From Acidobacteriota bacterium (GTDB lineage Bacteria; Acidobacteriota; UBA6911; RPQK01; JAJDTT01), in assembly GCA_965263035.1 (NCBI GenBank), contig OZ253580.1, forward strand, positions 5,728,001 to 5,792,000: a stretch of 64,000 nt of DNA, read 5' to 3'. The translations under genes were made by a program, and so were the position numbers. This document shows positions 18,090-27,514 of this stretch, in pieces. The notes under the pieces are model-generated. The model worked only from the letters and a program-made list of their open reading frames with translations, was not told the origin of the DNA and ran no database searches. The first letter of the stretch is position 1. Every line of letters begins with the position of its first letter.

Positions 18090-18854
18090 CTACTTCCGGC
18101 GCCGGCCCACGAACTCCTGGACCTTCCGCCGGCTCTCCCGGCTCTCGAAGCAAGCCAGAAAATCGGCCGAGGCCACGCCCTCCCAGTGAGCGCTCCTGAG
18201 TTCCGACATCCGGTGAAGCAGCGCCTTGGTCCGCGCCAAGCCCTCCGGCGGAAACGAGGCGAGCCGCCGCGCCAGCGCTTCTCCCCGGCCCAGGAGCTCC
18301 GAGTCCGGCACGACTTCATTGACCAGACCCATTTGAAGCGCACGAGTCGCGTCGATCTTCTCGCAGGTCAGAAGCAGCCAGCGAGCAGCGGCTCCCCCCA
18401 GCAGATCGACCGTCCTCCCCAACGACCAAGGTGGAGTCCATCCCAGTTCCACTTCGGGAAGGCCGAACACGGCGTTCCCAGCCGCAATCCGGAAGTCGTG
18501 GTAGAGGGTGACCTGAAGACCGCCCCCCAGGGCATAGCCGTGGACCAGCGCCAACGTCGGCTGGGGCAGGGAATCGAGCAGACCGAAGGCCTCCCCATAC
18601 CCCCGTTCCAGGGAGGTGGCCTCGGCGGCTGAGAGTGGCGCCAGCTCGCGCAGATCGCTGCCGGAACAGAAGGCCCGTCCCGCGCCCCGGGTCACCACCA
18701 CCCGGACCGAGTCGTCGTCGCGGATCCGGTTCAGGAATTGCACGTAACGCCGGACCATCTCCTGGTCCAGTGCGTTGAGCACTTGGGGCCGGTTGAGAGT
18801 GAGCCAGGCCACTCCGTCCCGAATGGTGAGTTGAACTGAATCAGTTGCCGGCAC
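18090..18854 (-). CDS. Enoyl-CoA hydratase/isomerase family protein
   Basis: LTLNRPQVLNAL, AFCSGSDL, HGYALGGG, FGLPEVELG. Confidence 0.93.
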   Translation of the reverse strand: MPATDSVQLTIRDGVAWLTLNRPQVLNALDQEMVRRYVQFLNRIRDDDSVRVVVTRGAGRAFCSGSDLRELAPLSAAEATSLERGYGEAFGLLDSLPQPTLALVHGYALGGGLQVTLYHDFRIAAGNAVFGLPEVELGWTPPWSLGRTVDLLGGAAARWLLLTCEKIDATRALQMGLVNEVVPDSELLGRGEALARRLASFPPEGLARTKALLHRMSELRSAHWEGVASADFLACFESRESRRKVQEFVGRRRK

Positions 18855-19254
18855 CTGACTTCTCGCCGGCTCGGGCCAGAAACCGCGCCATGGATCCGAG
18901 AATGAAACGCTCGTGGGTGCCGCGGGCGATCAGGTCCCGTTCGTCATGCGCCTGGAACTGGAATCCGAGCCGCTTGCCCTCCAGTTCCACCAGCTCGACC
19001 CGAATCGTCACCTTCATGCCCACCGGCGTCGGAGCCAGATGCTGCATGTTCACCCGGGTTCCCACCGTGCCCTGGCCCTCGGCCAGGGTCGGCGCGGCGC
19101 AGCGGATGGCGCACGCTTCGATGAGCGCCACCAGTGCCGGCGTGGCCAGCACCTGGACACCGGGATTTCCGAAACGGTCTGCGGTCAGATCGTCGCTGAC
19201 CGTGTGCTCCGTCGTCAGGGTACGGCCCACTTTGAGAACGTCGGTCATTTCCAC
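18841..19254 (-). CDS. FlK-like hotdog thioesterase
   Basis: VLATPALVALIE and TVGTRVNMQHLAPTPVG supply the Thr/Glu/His triad pattern of fluoroacetyl-CoA thioesterase-like proteins; C-terminal GTHER. Confidence 0.88.
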   Translation of the reverse strand: MEMTDVLKVGRTLTTEHTVSDDLTADRFGNPGVQVLATPALVALIEACAIRCAAPTLAEGQGTVGTRVNMQHLAPTPVGMKVTIRVELVELEGKRLGFQFQAHDERDLIARGTHERFILGSMARFLARAGEKSGAGN

Positions 19255-19279
19255 CTTCTTTCTCGTACCGCTTCGAAAG

Positions 19280-20323
19280 TCAGTCCGGGGACCCGGTCAA
19301 CTCCTGACGGACGATTCGGGTTCCGGCCACCATGTTGCGCAGCTTATTGACCGTGATCCATCGGGGAAGCTGGAAGAAACCGCAGTCGGGTACGATCCAG
19401 AGCTTCTCGGGCGGAATATATTGCAGTGCGGCGCGAATTCGGTCCGCCACGTCTGCGGGCTTCTCCCGGTAAAAGGACTTGATGTCGATGACCCCGACGC
19501 CGATGTCCCGTTCCTGGGACAGCTCACGGCAGATCTCCAGCTCGTGCATCTCCCGGTTTGCGAACTCCAGAACGAACTCGTCGCACTTGGCCTCCAGCAG
19601 GTAGGAAATCATGGGCCCGTACTCCCGCTTGCCGCGGGGGCGCGACCCCAGGTTGCCGAAGCAGATATGAAAGGCGATCCTGGCATCGACCCCTTCCACG
19701 CACCGATTGTACAGGTCCAGGTACTCCTTCAACTCCCCGGGGATGATGGCGAAGGAGGGCTCGTCCAACTGAATGTAATCGGCTCCCGCCTTGACCAGGT
19801 CCTTGAGTTCCTGGTTCACGACCTCGGCGAATTCCCAGAACAGCTCCATGCGGTCCCGGTAGAACTCCCGCACCGACGAGTCCCTGAGGTGAATGGTGAC
19901 GGTCAAGGGACCCGGACAGGTGGCCTTGACCGGTTTGTCGGTCTGGGTCTTCAGGTACTTGAACTCCTCGACCACGCCGAGTCCACGGGGGACGGTCACC
20001 TTTTCCCGCAGCCGGTACCGGGGCACCGAGTCGTAGGCGTACAAACCTACCTTGCGAAGCGGCTCTTCCCGTTCGATGCCTTCCATCTTCTCGTAGAAGC
20101 TCTGGACGAAGTGCCAGCGCCGCATTTCCCCGTCGGAGATGACGTCCACGCCGGCCCGTTCCATATCCCGGATGGCGATGCTCACGGCGTCATCGTAGAG
20201 TTCCCGTTTGTCGGTCTTGCCGTATTTTCCCGCCTCGATGGCCTCCAACGCGGTATAGAACCAGCTCGGAATGGCATGGCTGCCGATGACCGACGTGGGA
20301 AGCAGCGGAAGATTTTCCTTCAT
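19280..20323 (-). CDS. Cobalamin-independent methionine synthase II family (MetE C-terminal domain only)
   Basis: PTSVIGS, DVISDGEMRR, IQLDEP, Zn ligands HICFGN / LEFANR / PDCG; 347 aa, no folate-binding N-terminal barrel. Confidence 0.9.
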   Translation of the reverse strand: MKENLPLLPTSVIGSHAIPSWFYTALEAIEAGKYGKTDKRELYDDAVSIAIRDMERAGVDVISDGEMRRWHFVQSFYEKMEGIEREEPLRKVGLYAYDSVPRYRLREKVTVPRGLGVVEEFKYLKTQTDKPVKATCPGPLTVTIHLRDSSVREFYRDRMELFWEFAEVVNQELKDLVKAGADYIQLDEPSFAIIPGELKEYLDLYNRCVEGVDARIAFHICFGNLGSRPRGKREYGPMISYLLEAKCDEFVLEFANREMHELEICRELSQERDIGVGVIDIKSFYREKPADVADRIRAALQYIPPEKLWIVPDCGFFQLPRWITVNKLRNMVAGTRIVRQELTGSPD

Positions 20324-20411
20324 ATTTCCTTTATCTCCTCAGAGAAGCGCCAAATCGTAACACAGGCTCTTCGGGCACCCAAACGTCCGCCCCGGCCTCT
20401 TCTTTCACTCC

Positions 20412-21644
20412 TCACTTCGCCGCGTATTCTTCCGGGTGGGCGAACAGGTCCCGCAGTTCTTTCAGGAAGAGGCCGGCCGGGTATCCGTCGACGGCCCGGT
20501 GATCGAAGACCAGGCAGAGGTAGGCCGTGGGAACGACCTCCAGCCGGCTCTCCACAACCAACGGCCTGGGCTGGATCCGGCCGATTCCCAGAATCGCCAC
20601 CTGGGGTGGATTGATGATGGGGGTGAACAGGTCGACGTGGGCGCCGCCCAGGTTGGTGATGGTGAAGGTCCCGTCGCTGACGTCGGCCAGATCCAGAGTT
20701 CCGTTCCGAGCCTTGCCGGCCAAGGACCGGCCTTCCTGGGCCAGTTGCTCCAGGTTCTTTTGGCCGGCATCTTTCAGAACCGGCACCACCAATCCCTGGT
20801 CCAGGTGGACGGCCAGGCCGATGTTGATCCCATCGTGGACTCGAACCTGGTTGTCCACCAGCGTGGCATTGAGGAGGGGATGCCGCTCCAACGCCACGGC
20901 CACCGCCTTCGTCACCAGGTCGTTGAGGGAGATCCGTATTCCGTAGCTGGACTCCCAGCGGGAGAGATTGGACTTACGGAATTCCACCGTCCGGCTCATG
21001 TCCACGTGCATCACTTCCGTCACCCGGGGGATCTCGCGCCAACTCTGGGAAAGCCTCTTGGCGACGCGGCCGCGGGTGCCGGTCAGGGGTATCGTCCGGC
21101 TCACTCCAGGACCGGACACGGGTTGCTGGGCGGCCTGGGGCGGGGAAGCGGCGGCGGCAGCCGCACGCAGAATATCGTCCTTGGTGATCCGCCCTCCGGG
21201 GCCGGAACCGGCCACGGTGGCCGGTTCCACGCCGTGCCGGGCGGCCAGCTTTCGTGCCACGGGAGAGATTCGTAATCGGCCGGACTTGGCGGGCCGTTTG
21301 CGCCGCGGTGAGGGACGGGTCGCGGCTCCTGGTGTCTTCTCCCGAGCCGCCGGTTCTCCCTCCGGAGCCAACAGGCGAGCCGTCTCCGCCGGATCGGGGC
21401 TCTCACCGGGAGCCAACAGGATCGCCAGCAGGGAGCCGATGGGCCGCTCCTGGCCGGCGGGAACGACGATCTTGTGGAGCGTTCCGTCCATGGGCGCCTC
21501 CACTTCGGTGGTCACCTTGTCGGTCTCCACCATCAGCAAGGGGTCCCCCTTGGCCAGGCTGTCGCCCTCCTGTTGCAACCACTCCACGATCGTCCCCGAT
21601 TCCATGGTGTGACCCAGGCTGGGCATTCCAAATTTGACCGCCAT
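20412..21644 (-). CDS. 2-oxoacid/acetoin dehydrogenase E2 (dihydrolipoamide acyltransferase)
   Basis: Lipoyl domain (ETDKVT), E3-binding domain (ISPVARKLA...GSGPGGRITKDD), catalytic DHRAVDG. Confidence 0.95.
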   Translation of the reverse strand: MAVKFGMPSLGHTMESGTIVEWLQQEGDSLAKGDPLLMVETDKVTTEVEAPMDGTLHKIVVPAGQERPIGSLLAILLAPGESPDPAETARLLAPEGEPAAREKTPGAATRPSPRRKRPAKSGRLRISPVARKLAARHGVEPATVAGSGPGGRITKDDILRAAAAAASPPQAAQQPVSGPGVSRTIPLTGTRGRVAKRLSQSWREIPRVTEVMHVDMSRTVEFRKSNLSRWESSYGIRISLNDLVTKAVAVALERHPLLNATLVDNQVRVHDGINIGLAVHLDQGLVVPVLKDAGQKNLEQLAQEGRSLAGKARNGTLDLADVSDGTFTITNLGGAHVDLFTPIINPPQVAILGIGRIQPRPLVVESRLEVVPTAYLCLVFDHRAVDGYPAGLFLKELRDLFAHPEEYAAK

Positions 21645-21656
21645 GGGGATCGTCCT

Positions 21657-22628
21657 CTATCCGACCAGGTCTCGGGCCGTGGTGACCAGTTTCTCGACGC
21701 TGGGCACCGCCAGCTTCTCCAACACGGGGCTGAAGGGCATGGGCACGTCGGCGCCGGCGACCCGCCGGACGGGAGCGTCCAGATAATCGAAGCATTCTTC
21801 CGCGATCCGAGAGGCCAACTCCGCGCCCGAACCTGCCCGGCGAACCTCTTCGTCGGTGACGATGGCCCGATTGGTCTTCTCCACCGAGGAGAAAATCGTG
21901 TCGGCGTCCAGCGGGACGAGGGTCCGGGGATCGATCACCTCCAGCTCGATGTCTTCCGCACTCAGGATCCGCGCTGCTTCCAGCGCCTTCCCCACCATGG
22001 GGCCGGATGCCACCACCGTAATGTCACTCCCTTGGCGTTTGACATCAGCCTGTCCAAAGGGAATCACGTATTCCGTGTCCGGAACCTCCCCCTTGACCGA
22101 GTAGAGGCGTTTGTACTCGATGAACATGACCGGGTCCCGGCCCCGCAAGGCCGACTTCATGAGTCCCTTGGCGTCGCGGGGGGTGGAAGGAACCGCGACC
22201 TGCAGTCCGGGCACATGCATGAACCAGGCTTCCAAGCTCTGGGAATGCTGGGCGGCGATCAACCTTGCCGAACCCGAGGGGAGCCGCAAGACCACCGGGA
22301 CGTCGGTCTGCCCCCCGAACATGTAGCGGACCTTGGCCATCTGATTGACCACTTCATCCATGGCGCAGGTGATGAAGTCGACATACATGATCTCCGCCAC
22401 CGGACGCAGTCCGCACAAGGCGGCGCCGACGGCGGTGCCGACGATGGCGGCCTCGGAGATGGGGGTCTGCCGGATGCGGTCCGGGTACTTCTCGGCGATG
22501 CCCCGGGTGACGGCATAGGGTCCTCCGTGGGCGATCACATCTTCTCCCAGGACGAAAATGCTCGAATCCCGGGCCATCTCCTCGTGCAGGGCTTCTCGAA
22601 TCGCCTGATTCATGGGTATCGAGGGCAT
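21657..22628 (-). CDS. TPP-dependent dehydrogenase E1 beta (AcoB/PdhB-like)
   Basis: LGEDV, TPISE, AQHSQSLEAW, DPRTLVPLD, LDAPVRRV. Confidence 0.95.
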   Translation of the reverse strand: MPSIPMNQAIREALHEEMARDSSIFVLGEDVIAHGGPYAVTRGIAEKYPDRIRQTPISEAAIVGTAVGAALCGLRPVAEIMYVDFITCAMDEVVNQMAKVRYMFGGQTDVPVVLRLPSGSARLIAAQHSQSLEAWFMHVPGLQVAVPSTPRDAKGLMKSALRGRDPVMFIEYKRLYSVKGEVPDTEYVIPFGQADVKRQGSDITVVASGPMVGKALEAARILSAEDIELEVIDPRTLVPLDADTIFSSVEKTNRAIVTDEEVRRAGSGAELASRIAEECFDYLDAPVRRVAGADVPMPFSPVLEKLAVPSVEKLVTTARDLVG

Positions 22629-22661
22629 GACGGTCTGGTCCTCCTTCTGGACGGATTTTTC

Positions 22662-23645
22662 TCACGCAACCGGGGTGGAGAAAACGTCGCGGGTCAACTC
22701 CTCCGGGCCGGGGTAGGGACTCTCGTCCGCGAAACGCACCGCTTCCGCGACCTCCTCCTCCACCGATTTCCGGATCGACTCGGCTTCCTCAGCCGTCAGA
22801 ATCCCCTTATGGAAGAGATGGGCCCCAAGGCTCTGGATGGGATCGTGCTGGCCGGACCAATCCGAAATCTCCTTCTTGGTTCGATACTGTTGAGGGTCGC
22901 CGAAGTTGTGACCGTGGAAGCGGTACGTCTTGCACTCCAGCAGAGTGGGCCCCTCGCCTCGGCGGGCCCGTTCGACGGCTTCGCCGGCCGCCTCGTATAC
23001 GGCCAGGACGTCCATGCCGTTCACCTGAGCACCGGGAATACCATAAGCGGAGGACATGGAGGCCACGTCCGTCACCAGTGTGATCTCCTCCTGGGGAGTC
23101 CACTGGGCGTACTGGTTGTTCTCGCAGACGTAGACCACGGGAAGGCGCCAGACGGCTCCCAGATTGATGTTCTCGTGAAAGGGTCCGCGATTGACGGCGC
23201 CGTCTCCGAAAAAACAGACGGCGACCTGCCCGCTCTCCCGCATCTGCGCGGCCAGGCCGGCTCCCGTGGCCAGACCGAACCCGCCCGCCACGATACCGTT
23301 GGCTCCCAGCATCCCCACGGCGAAATCCGCGATATGCATGGAGCCTCCCTTTCCCTTGCAGTAGCCGGTGACGCGCCCGAACAGCTCCGCCATCATGCGC
23401 CGGACGTCGGCGCCCTTGGAGATGCAGTGGCCGTGGCCCCGGTGGGTGGAGGTGATGTAATCGGCGTCGGTGAGATGGGCGCAGATCCCGACTCCCACCG
23501 CCTCCTGTCCGATGTAGGTGTGCAGCGCCCCCAGCACCTTGCCCTGGCCGGACTGGTACTCCGCCTGCTCTTCGAAGAGCCGGATGCGCCACATGGCGGC
23601 GTACATGTCCAGCAGTTGTTCCGTTGTCGGCCCTTCGATTCCCAT
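22662..23645 (-). CDS. TPP-dependent dehydrogenase E1 alpha (AcoA-like)
   Basis: HTYIGQEA, STHRGHGH, KGKGGSMH, GDGA...ENNQY TPP motif, YRFHGH; ATG 23645 after GAAGGAG. Confidence 0.95.
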   Translation of the reverse strand: MGIEGPTTEQLLDMYAAMWRIRLFEEQAEYQSGQGKVLGALHTYIGQEAVGVGICAHLTDADYITSTHRGHGHCISKGADVRRMMAELFGRVTGYCKGKGGSMHIADFAVGMLGANGIVAGGFGLATGAGLAAQMRESGQVAVCFFGDGAVNRGPFHENINLGAVWRLPVVYVCENNQYAQWTPQEEITLVTDVASMSSAYGIPGAQVNGMDVLAVYEAAGEAVERARRGEGPTLLECKTYRFHGHNFGDPQQYRTKKEISDWSGQHDPIQSLGAHLFHKGILTAEEAESIRKSVEEEVAEAVRFADESPYPGPEELTRDVFSTPVA

Positions 23646-23685
23646 GGTGACGGTCTCTCCTTCGTTCCTCACTTCATGACTCCGT

Positions 23686-24489
23686 TCAACGAGCCAACCA
23701 ACCCCCATCCACGAACAGGCTGTGCCCCGTGACCATGGAGGATGCGGAGCTTGCGAGATAAAGCACGGCACCGGCCATGTCTCCGGTTTGGGCGACCCGC
23801 CGCAGGGGAGTGTACTCCTCGATGGCCGTCCGCATCTCGGGAATGTGCAGAATGGACGCGGCCAGCGGCGTGTCGGTGAAGGTGGGAGCGATCTCGTTCA
23901 CCCGGACTCCATGGCGGCCCCATTCCGCCGCCAGCGCCCGAGTCAGGTTCACCACCGCCCCCTTGGAGGCATGATAGGCCGAGTTGGGATAGAGCCCGCC
24001 GCCGCTGTGGCCCAGGATGGACGAGATGTTGACGATGCTTCCGCCTCCCTGGGCCGCCATCCGGCGACCCGCTTCCCGGCAACACAGGAAGGTGGAGGTC
24101 AGGTTCCTGGTGAGCACTTCGTTCCAGTCCGCCAGGCTCATCTCCATGGCCGGGACGTGTTTCCCGCCTCCCACGCTGTTGACCAGTACGTCCAGACGCC
24201 CGTACTCCTCCAGGACCTGCCCGAACCCGGCGGCGACCACCGGCTCCAGGGTCACGTCCCATTCCCGGACCGCGGTTTGCCCCCCTTCGGCGGCAATCTC
24301 GGCCCTGACCCGCTCAGCCGCCTCCCGGTCGCGGTCGGCCACCACGACCGCGGCTCCGGCCTGGGACAGGACATGGGAGGCCGTGCGCCCGATGCTGCCG
24401 CCGCCGCCGGTGACCACTGCCACCTGGCCGTCCAGGCGAAACAAGCCCTCGATCGCCGGGACGGAGGCTGGCGGCCGGTCGGAGATCAT
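23686..24489 (-). CDS. SDR family oxidoreductase
   Basis: TGGGGSIG, YHASK catalytic motif, VTGHSLFVDGG. Confidence 0.95.
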   Translation of the reverse strand: MISDRPPASVPAIEGLFRLDGQVAVVTGGGGSIGRTASHVLSQAGAAVVVADRDREAAERVRAEIAAEGGQTAVREWDVTLEPVVAAGFGQVLEEYGRLDVLVNSVGGGKHVPAMEMSLADWNEVLTRNLTSTFLCCREAGRRMAAQGGGSIVNISSILGHSGGGLYPNSAYHASKGAVVNLTRALAAEWGRHGVRVNEIAPTFTDTPLAASILHIPEMRTAIEEYTPLRRVAQTGDMAGAVLYLASSASSMVTGHSLFVDGGWLAR

Positions 24490-26195
24490 GGCACAGGCTC
24501 ACCCGGAACCAGTCTCAGTTGGGCTTTGAGGAGGGTCAAGTCCTGTCCGGGAGAGGACTCGCTGAGACCGGCCTCCACCAGATTCTCCCCTTGCCGCAAC
24601 GCGCCGGCTGCCAGCACGTAAGCGACTCGTGACGATTCCGTCTCCGCCTCCGGTTGCAGCAACCGTCCGCCCGCCTGGGCCTGCCCATTGAGGCTCAGGA
24701 CCAGCTGGTCCAACTGGGGCAGGTCGCCTTCCAGCTCCAACGTGAGTTCGGCGCTTTCCAGGCGGCCTTCCTTCTCCAGGCGCGGGACGTCGTCGCCGAT
24801 GACGATGGAGACCCGCGCTTGACCTCCCGGCTCCAGGGAGGCCGGCAGGTCGCCCTGGCTGGAGATGAATGCATAGGGGAACCAGACTTTTTCGGCGGCC
24901 GAGTAGATCTTTTCCGTGCCTTCCAGAGCTTTGGGGTCGTCGATGCCGTCCAGACAGGCATAGACGCGTTTCCGGAGCGCCCGCCACTGCGCTTCGTCGC
25001 GAATCTGCTCCCAGGGAGCAGTCAGATTCCAGAAATAGATTCCGTCGGCGCCGGCAGCGTACCACTTGGTGGCCAAGGCCCGGGTCATCTCTATTCCCCG
25101 GCCGTCCATCAGTTGGCCGGGATTGTTGATGCAGGGGTAGAGCGGCACGTCGTAGGCATGGGCGGCTTTAGCCATCTTCGCCACGGGCAGGGAGAAATGG
25201 GCGTAGCCCCCGCCCAGGAACAGCATGTCCACCAGACCTTCGCGCATCCAGGCCTCCAGATCGAGGCCGATGCCCAGGGAAAGTTCCAGATCATCCGGAG
25301 TCCGAACTGCCAGCAGGAGAGGCCGTCCGCGCTCCTGCCCGATCTCGCCCATGCGCTGCCGAACCCTCCGGATGAAGGCAGTCATGAGGGAGACCTGCTC
25401 GGGGGTGACGGCCTCTCCTTCGAAAATGCTCTTGAAGAGGACGGGATGCCGGATGAAGTCCAGTTCGACGCCATCCAGGTCGTATCGGAGGCAGACCTCC
25501 TCGATGATCTCGAACTTGCGGTCGCGGACCACCTGGTGGGTGAAGTCCAGTGCCGTGGAGTAGAGGTTGGCCACCGGGGAACCGGGAAAGGCGGGTTCGG
25601 CGATGGCCGTCTGCAGTCCGCGAGTACTCACCAGGAATTCTCGATGGTCGAGTTTCCAGCGGGAGAGGTGGCCCTCGACGAAGCTGTCGTGAACGTCGTT
25701 CATGCGCAACGAGGCGAAGGCCTCCATTCCATGCTCGTGCGCGAAGTCGGTGACGATCTTCAGGGGACAGGTGCCGGCTTCGACCAGAGTCTTGAGATTG
25801 GACGCGTAGGGATTCATGTAGTCGGGACGGTCCGATTGCTGGGCATCGCCGTAGATGGGTTGGATGCGGCTGTCGTAGGAGGGGGCGTCTCCAGCCAGGA
25901 TCGACCAGCTGATCGTGGTCACGGGGGTTCCCGGAAGGGCTTCGAGCCTGGGCGCCAGGAAGCCTTCGACGGTGGAGGCTCCGGGGTGCATGAGAACCGC
26001 CGAGTCCCCGTTGAAGATCACCCGCTGCTTGCGGGTCTCGATCTGGGCCGACTCTCCCTCTTGACCCGGGTCGACAACGCAGGCGGCGAGGAAGCAGACC
26101 AGCAACAGGGGAAAGATCATGGCTCTTCCGGCGGCCCGGGCACAGACTCGGTCGGGACCACACCATTCTGGACCGGAGGGATTCTTCCTGATCAT
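24486..26195 (-). CDS. Putative lipoprotein with glycoside-hydrolase-like TIM barrel (GHL10-like); start uncertain (26195 or 26120)
   Basis: Lipobox LLLVCFLAAC; IFNGD, SLRMNDVH, YDLDGVELDFIRH, GADGIYFWN motifs; ATGA overlap with the SDR. Confidence 0.7.
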   Translation of the reverse strand: MIRKNPSGPEWCGPDRVCARAAGRAMIFPLLLVCFLAACVVDPGQEGESAQIETRKQRVIFNGDSAVLMHPGASTVEGFLAPRLEALPGTPVTTISWSILAGDAPSYDSRIQPIYGDAQQSDRPDYMNPYASNLKTLVEAGTCPLKIVTDFAHEHGMEAFASLRMNDVHDSFVEGHLSRWKLDHREFLVSTRGLQTAIAEPAFPGSPVANLYSTALDFTHQVVRDRKFEIIEEVCLRYDLDGVELDFIRHPVLFKSIFEGEAVTPEQVSLMTAFIRRVRQRMGEIGQERGRPLLLAVRTPDDLELSLGIGLDLEAWMREGLVDMLFLGGGYAHFSLPVAKMAKAAHAYDVPLYPCINNPGQLMDGRGIEMTRALATKWYAAGADGIYFWNLTAPWEQIRDEAQWRALRKRVYACLDGIDDPKALEGTEKIYSAAEKVWFPYAFISSQGDLPASLEPGGQARVSIVIGDDVPRLEKEGRLESAELTLELEGDLPQLDQLVLSLNGQAQAGGRLLQPEAETESSRVAYVLAAGALRQGENLVEAGLSESSPGQDLTLLKAQLRLVPGEPVP

Positions 26196-26298
26196 CGAGT
26201 TTTCGCCATCGTGTTGGCCTCCAAGGTTGTTCGAGTACGGGCGCCGGCGGCGCCGTGGGAGGATCATAACCCACCGGCAGGAAAGGGGGAAATCAGGA

Positions 26299-26371
26299 GG
26301 AGCGGCGGTTTCCTAGCCGCCGAACTCCCATGGGAGTGCCGGGGAATGGGCGACAGGGATGCCGCCCCTCC
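26299..26371 (+). repeat. REPIN-like element
   Basis: GGAGCGGCGGTTTCCTAGCCGCCGAACTCC...GGGAATGGGCGACAGGGATGCCGCCCCTCC. Confidence 0.8.
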
Positions 26372-26389
26372 TCGCCGTGGGAAAACTTG

Positions 26390-27514
26390 TCAGTAACCCA
26401 CCTTGCAGATGACGTAATCGCCGTAGCCGGTGATGATCCGCGTGTAGCCGGAGAGTTCCAGGTCCAGGGCCGGGTCACCCGTATCCACCAGGAGCGGGCG
26501 GGCCCTCAGAGAGACGAGCTTCTCCTTGGTTGCGATGATCATAAGATTCTCCCGGCCCACCTTCCGGATGATCTCCGGACTGATCTGCTGATTCCCCCGG
26601 CCCAGGATATGCCCCTGACCTCCGATGGCCGTCACCACGACCTTGGCCCTGTGTCCGTCGATCAGATCCAGGAGTTGACGCGCCGTGACGTCGTTGGCGA
26701 GCAGCTTCTTGTTCCGGACCACATCCACCCCCAGCAGCGTGTTTTGCAGACCCAGCTCCTGGAGGATGCCCCGCGTCGTGGTTCCCGGTCCCACGGCGAA
26801 GATACAGTCCGGGTCCTCCATGGCTCTCAGGACCTCGGCGCAGATTCCCTGGAGGGCTTCCGCCTCGTGGACGACTCCTCCCGCCTTCACGTTCTGGACG
26901 AACCGGTTCTCTTCCGGGACCCGCAGGTACCCATAGAGCTTGGCCCGGACCACTCCGGCCCGGAAGGCCTCCTCATCGATGTCCATGACCTCGGCGGAGC
27001 GCATTCGCAGAAGGCGGCGCTGCAGCCAGAGGACCACCAACTCGCCTGCACTGCGTGGTGTTACGGCGTAGACGGCCGAGTGGATCTTGACGCCCGCCGG
27101 AACGCCCAGAACCGGCACCTCCTCGCCGACGGCGTGGTAGAGGTCGCGTGCGGTTCCGTCGCCTCCGGCGAAGAGGATCAGGTCGGCTCCGGCCCCCGCC
27201 ATCTCCCGGGCCGCCCGCCGGGTGTCTTCGGGAGTCGTATGCCCACCATCGGTGCGTCCGATGACGGATGCCGGGAGACCCGCCAGGGCGCAGGAATATT
27301 CTCCCATCTGGTCGGAGTAGGTGAGGACTTGGGCCTTGTCTTGGAACTCGGAGACGACCTTCAGCGCCTGGGCCATCCGGCCCGGAGCTTCGGGCCTGGC
27401 CCCCAGCTCACGGGCACGGCGCAGGATCTCGACCCCGTCGCTCCCCTTCAGTCCCACCCGGCCGCCCATGCCGGCGACGGGATTGACGATGACGCCGAGA
27501 GTGCGCCGAGGCAT
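26390..27514 (-). CDS. ATP-NAD kinase family protein (AcoX-like)
   Basis: GVIVNPVAGMGGRVGLKGSDG, GGDGTARD, GVPAGVKIHS, GGQGHILGRGNQQ, LLVDTGD; TAATG coupling to gcvPB. Confidence 0.9.
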   Translation of the reverse strand: MPRRTLGVIVNPVAGMGGRVGLKGSDGVEILRRARELGARPEAPGRMAQALKVVSEFQDKAQVLTYSDQMGEYSCALAGLPASVIGRTDGGHTTPEDTRRAAREMAGAGADLILFAGGDGTARDLYHAVGEEVPVLGVPAGVKIHSAVYAVTPRSAGELVVLWLQRRLLRMRSAEVMDIDEEAFRAGVVRAKLYGYLRVPEENRFVQNVKAGGVVHEAEALQGICAEVLRAMEDPDCIFAVGPGTTTRGILQELGLQNTLLGVDVVRNKKLLANDVTARQLLDLIDGHRAKVVVTAIGGQGHILGRGNQQISPEIIRKVGRENLMIIATKEKLVSLRARPLLVDTGDPALDLELSGYTRIITGYGDYVICKVGY

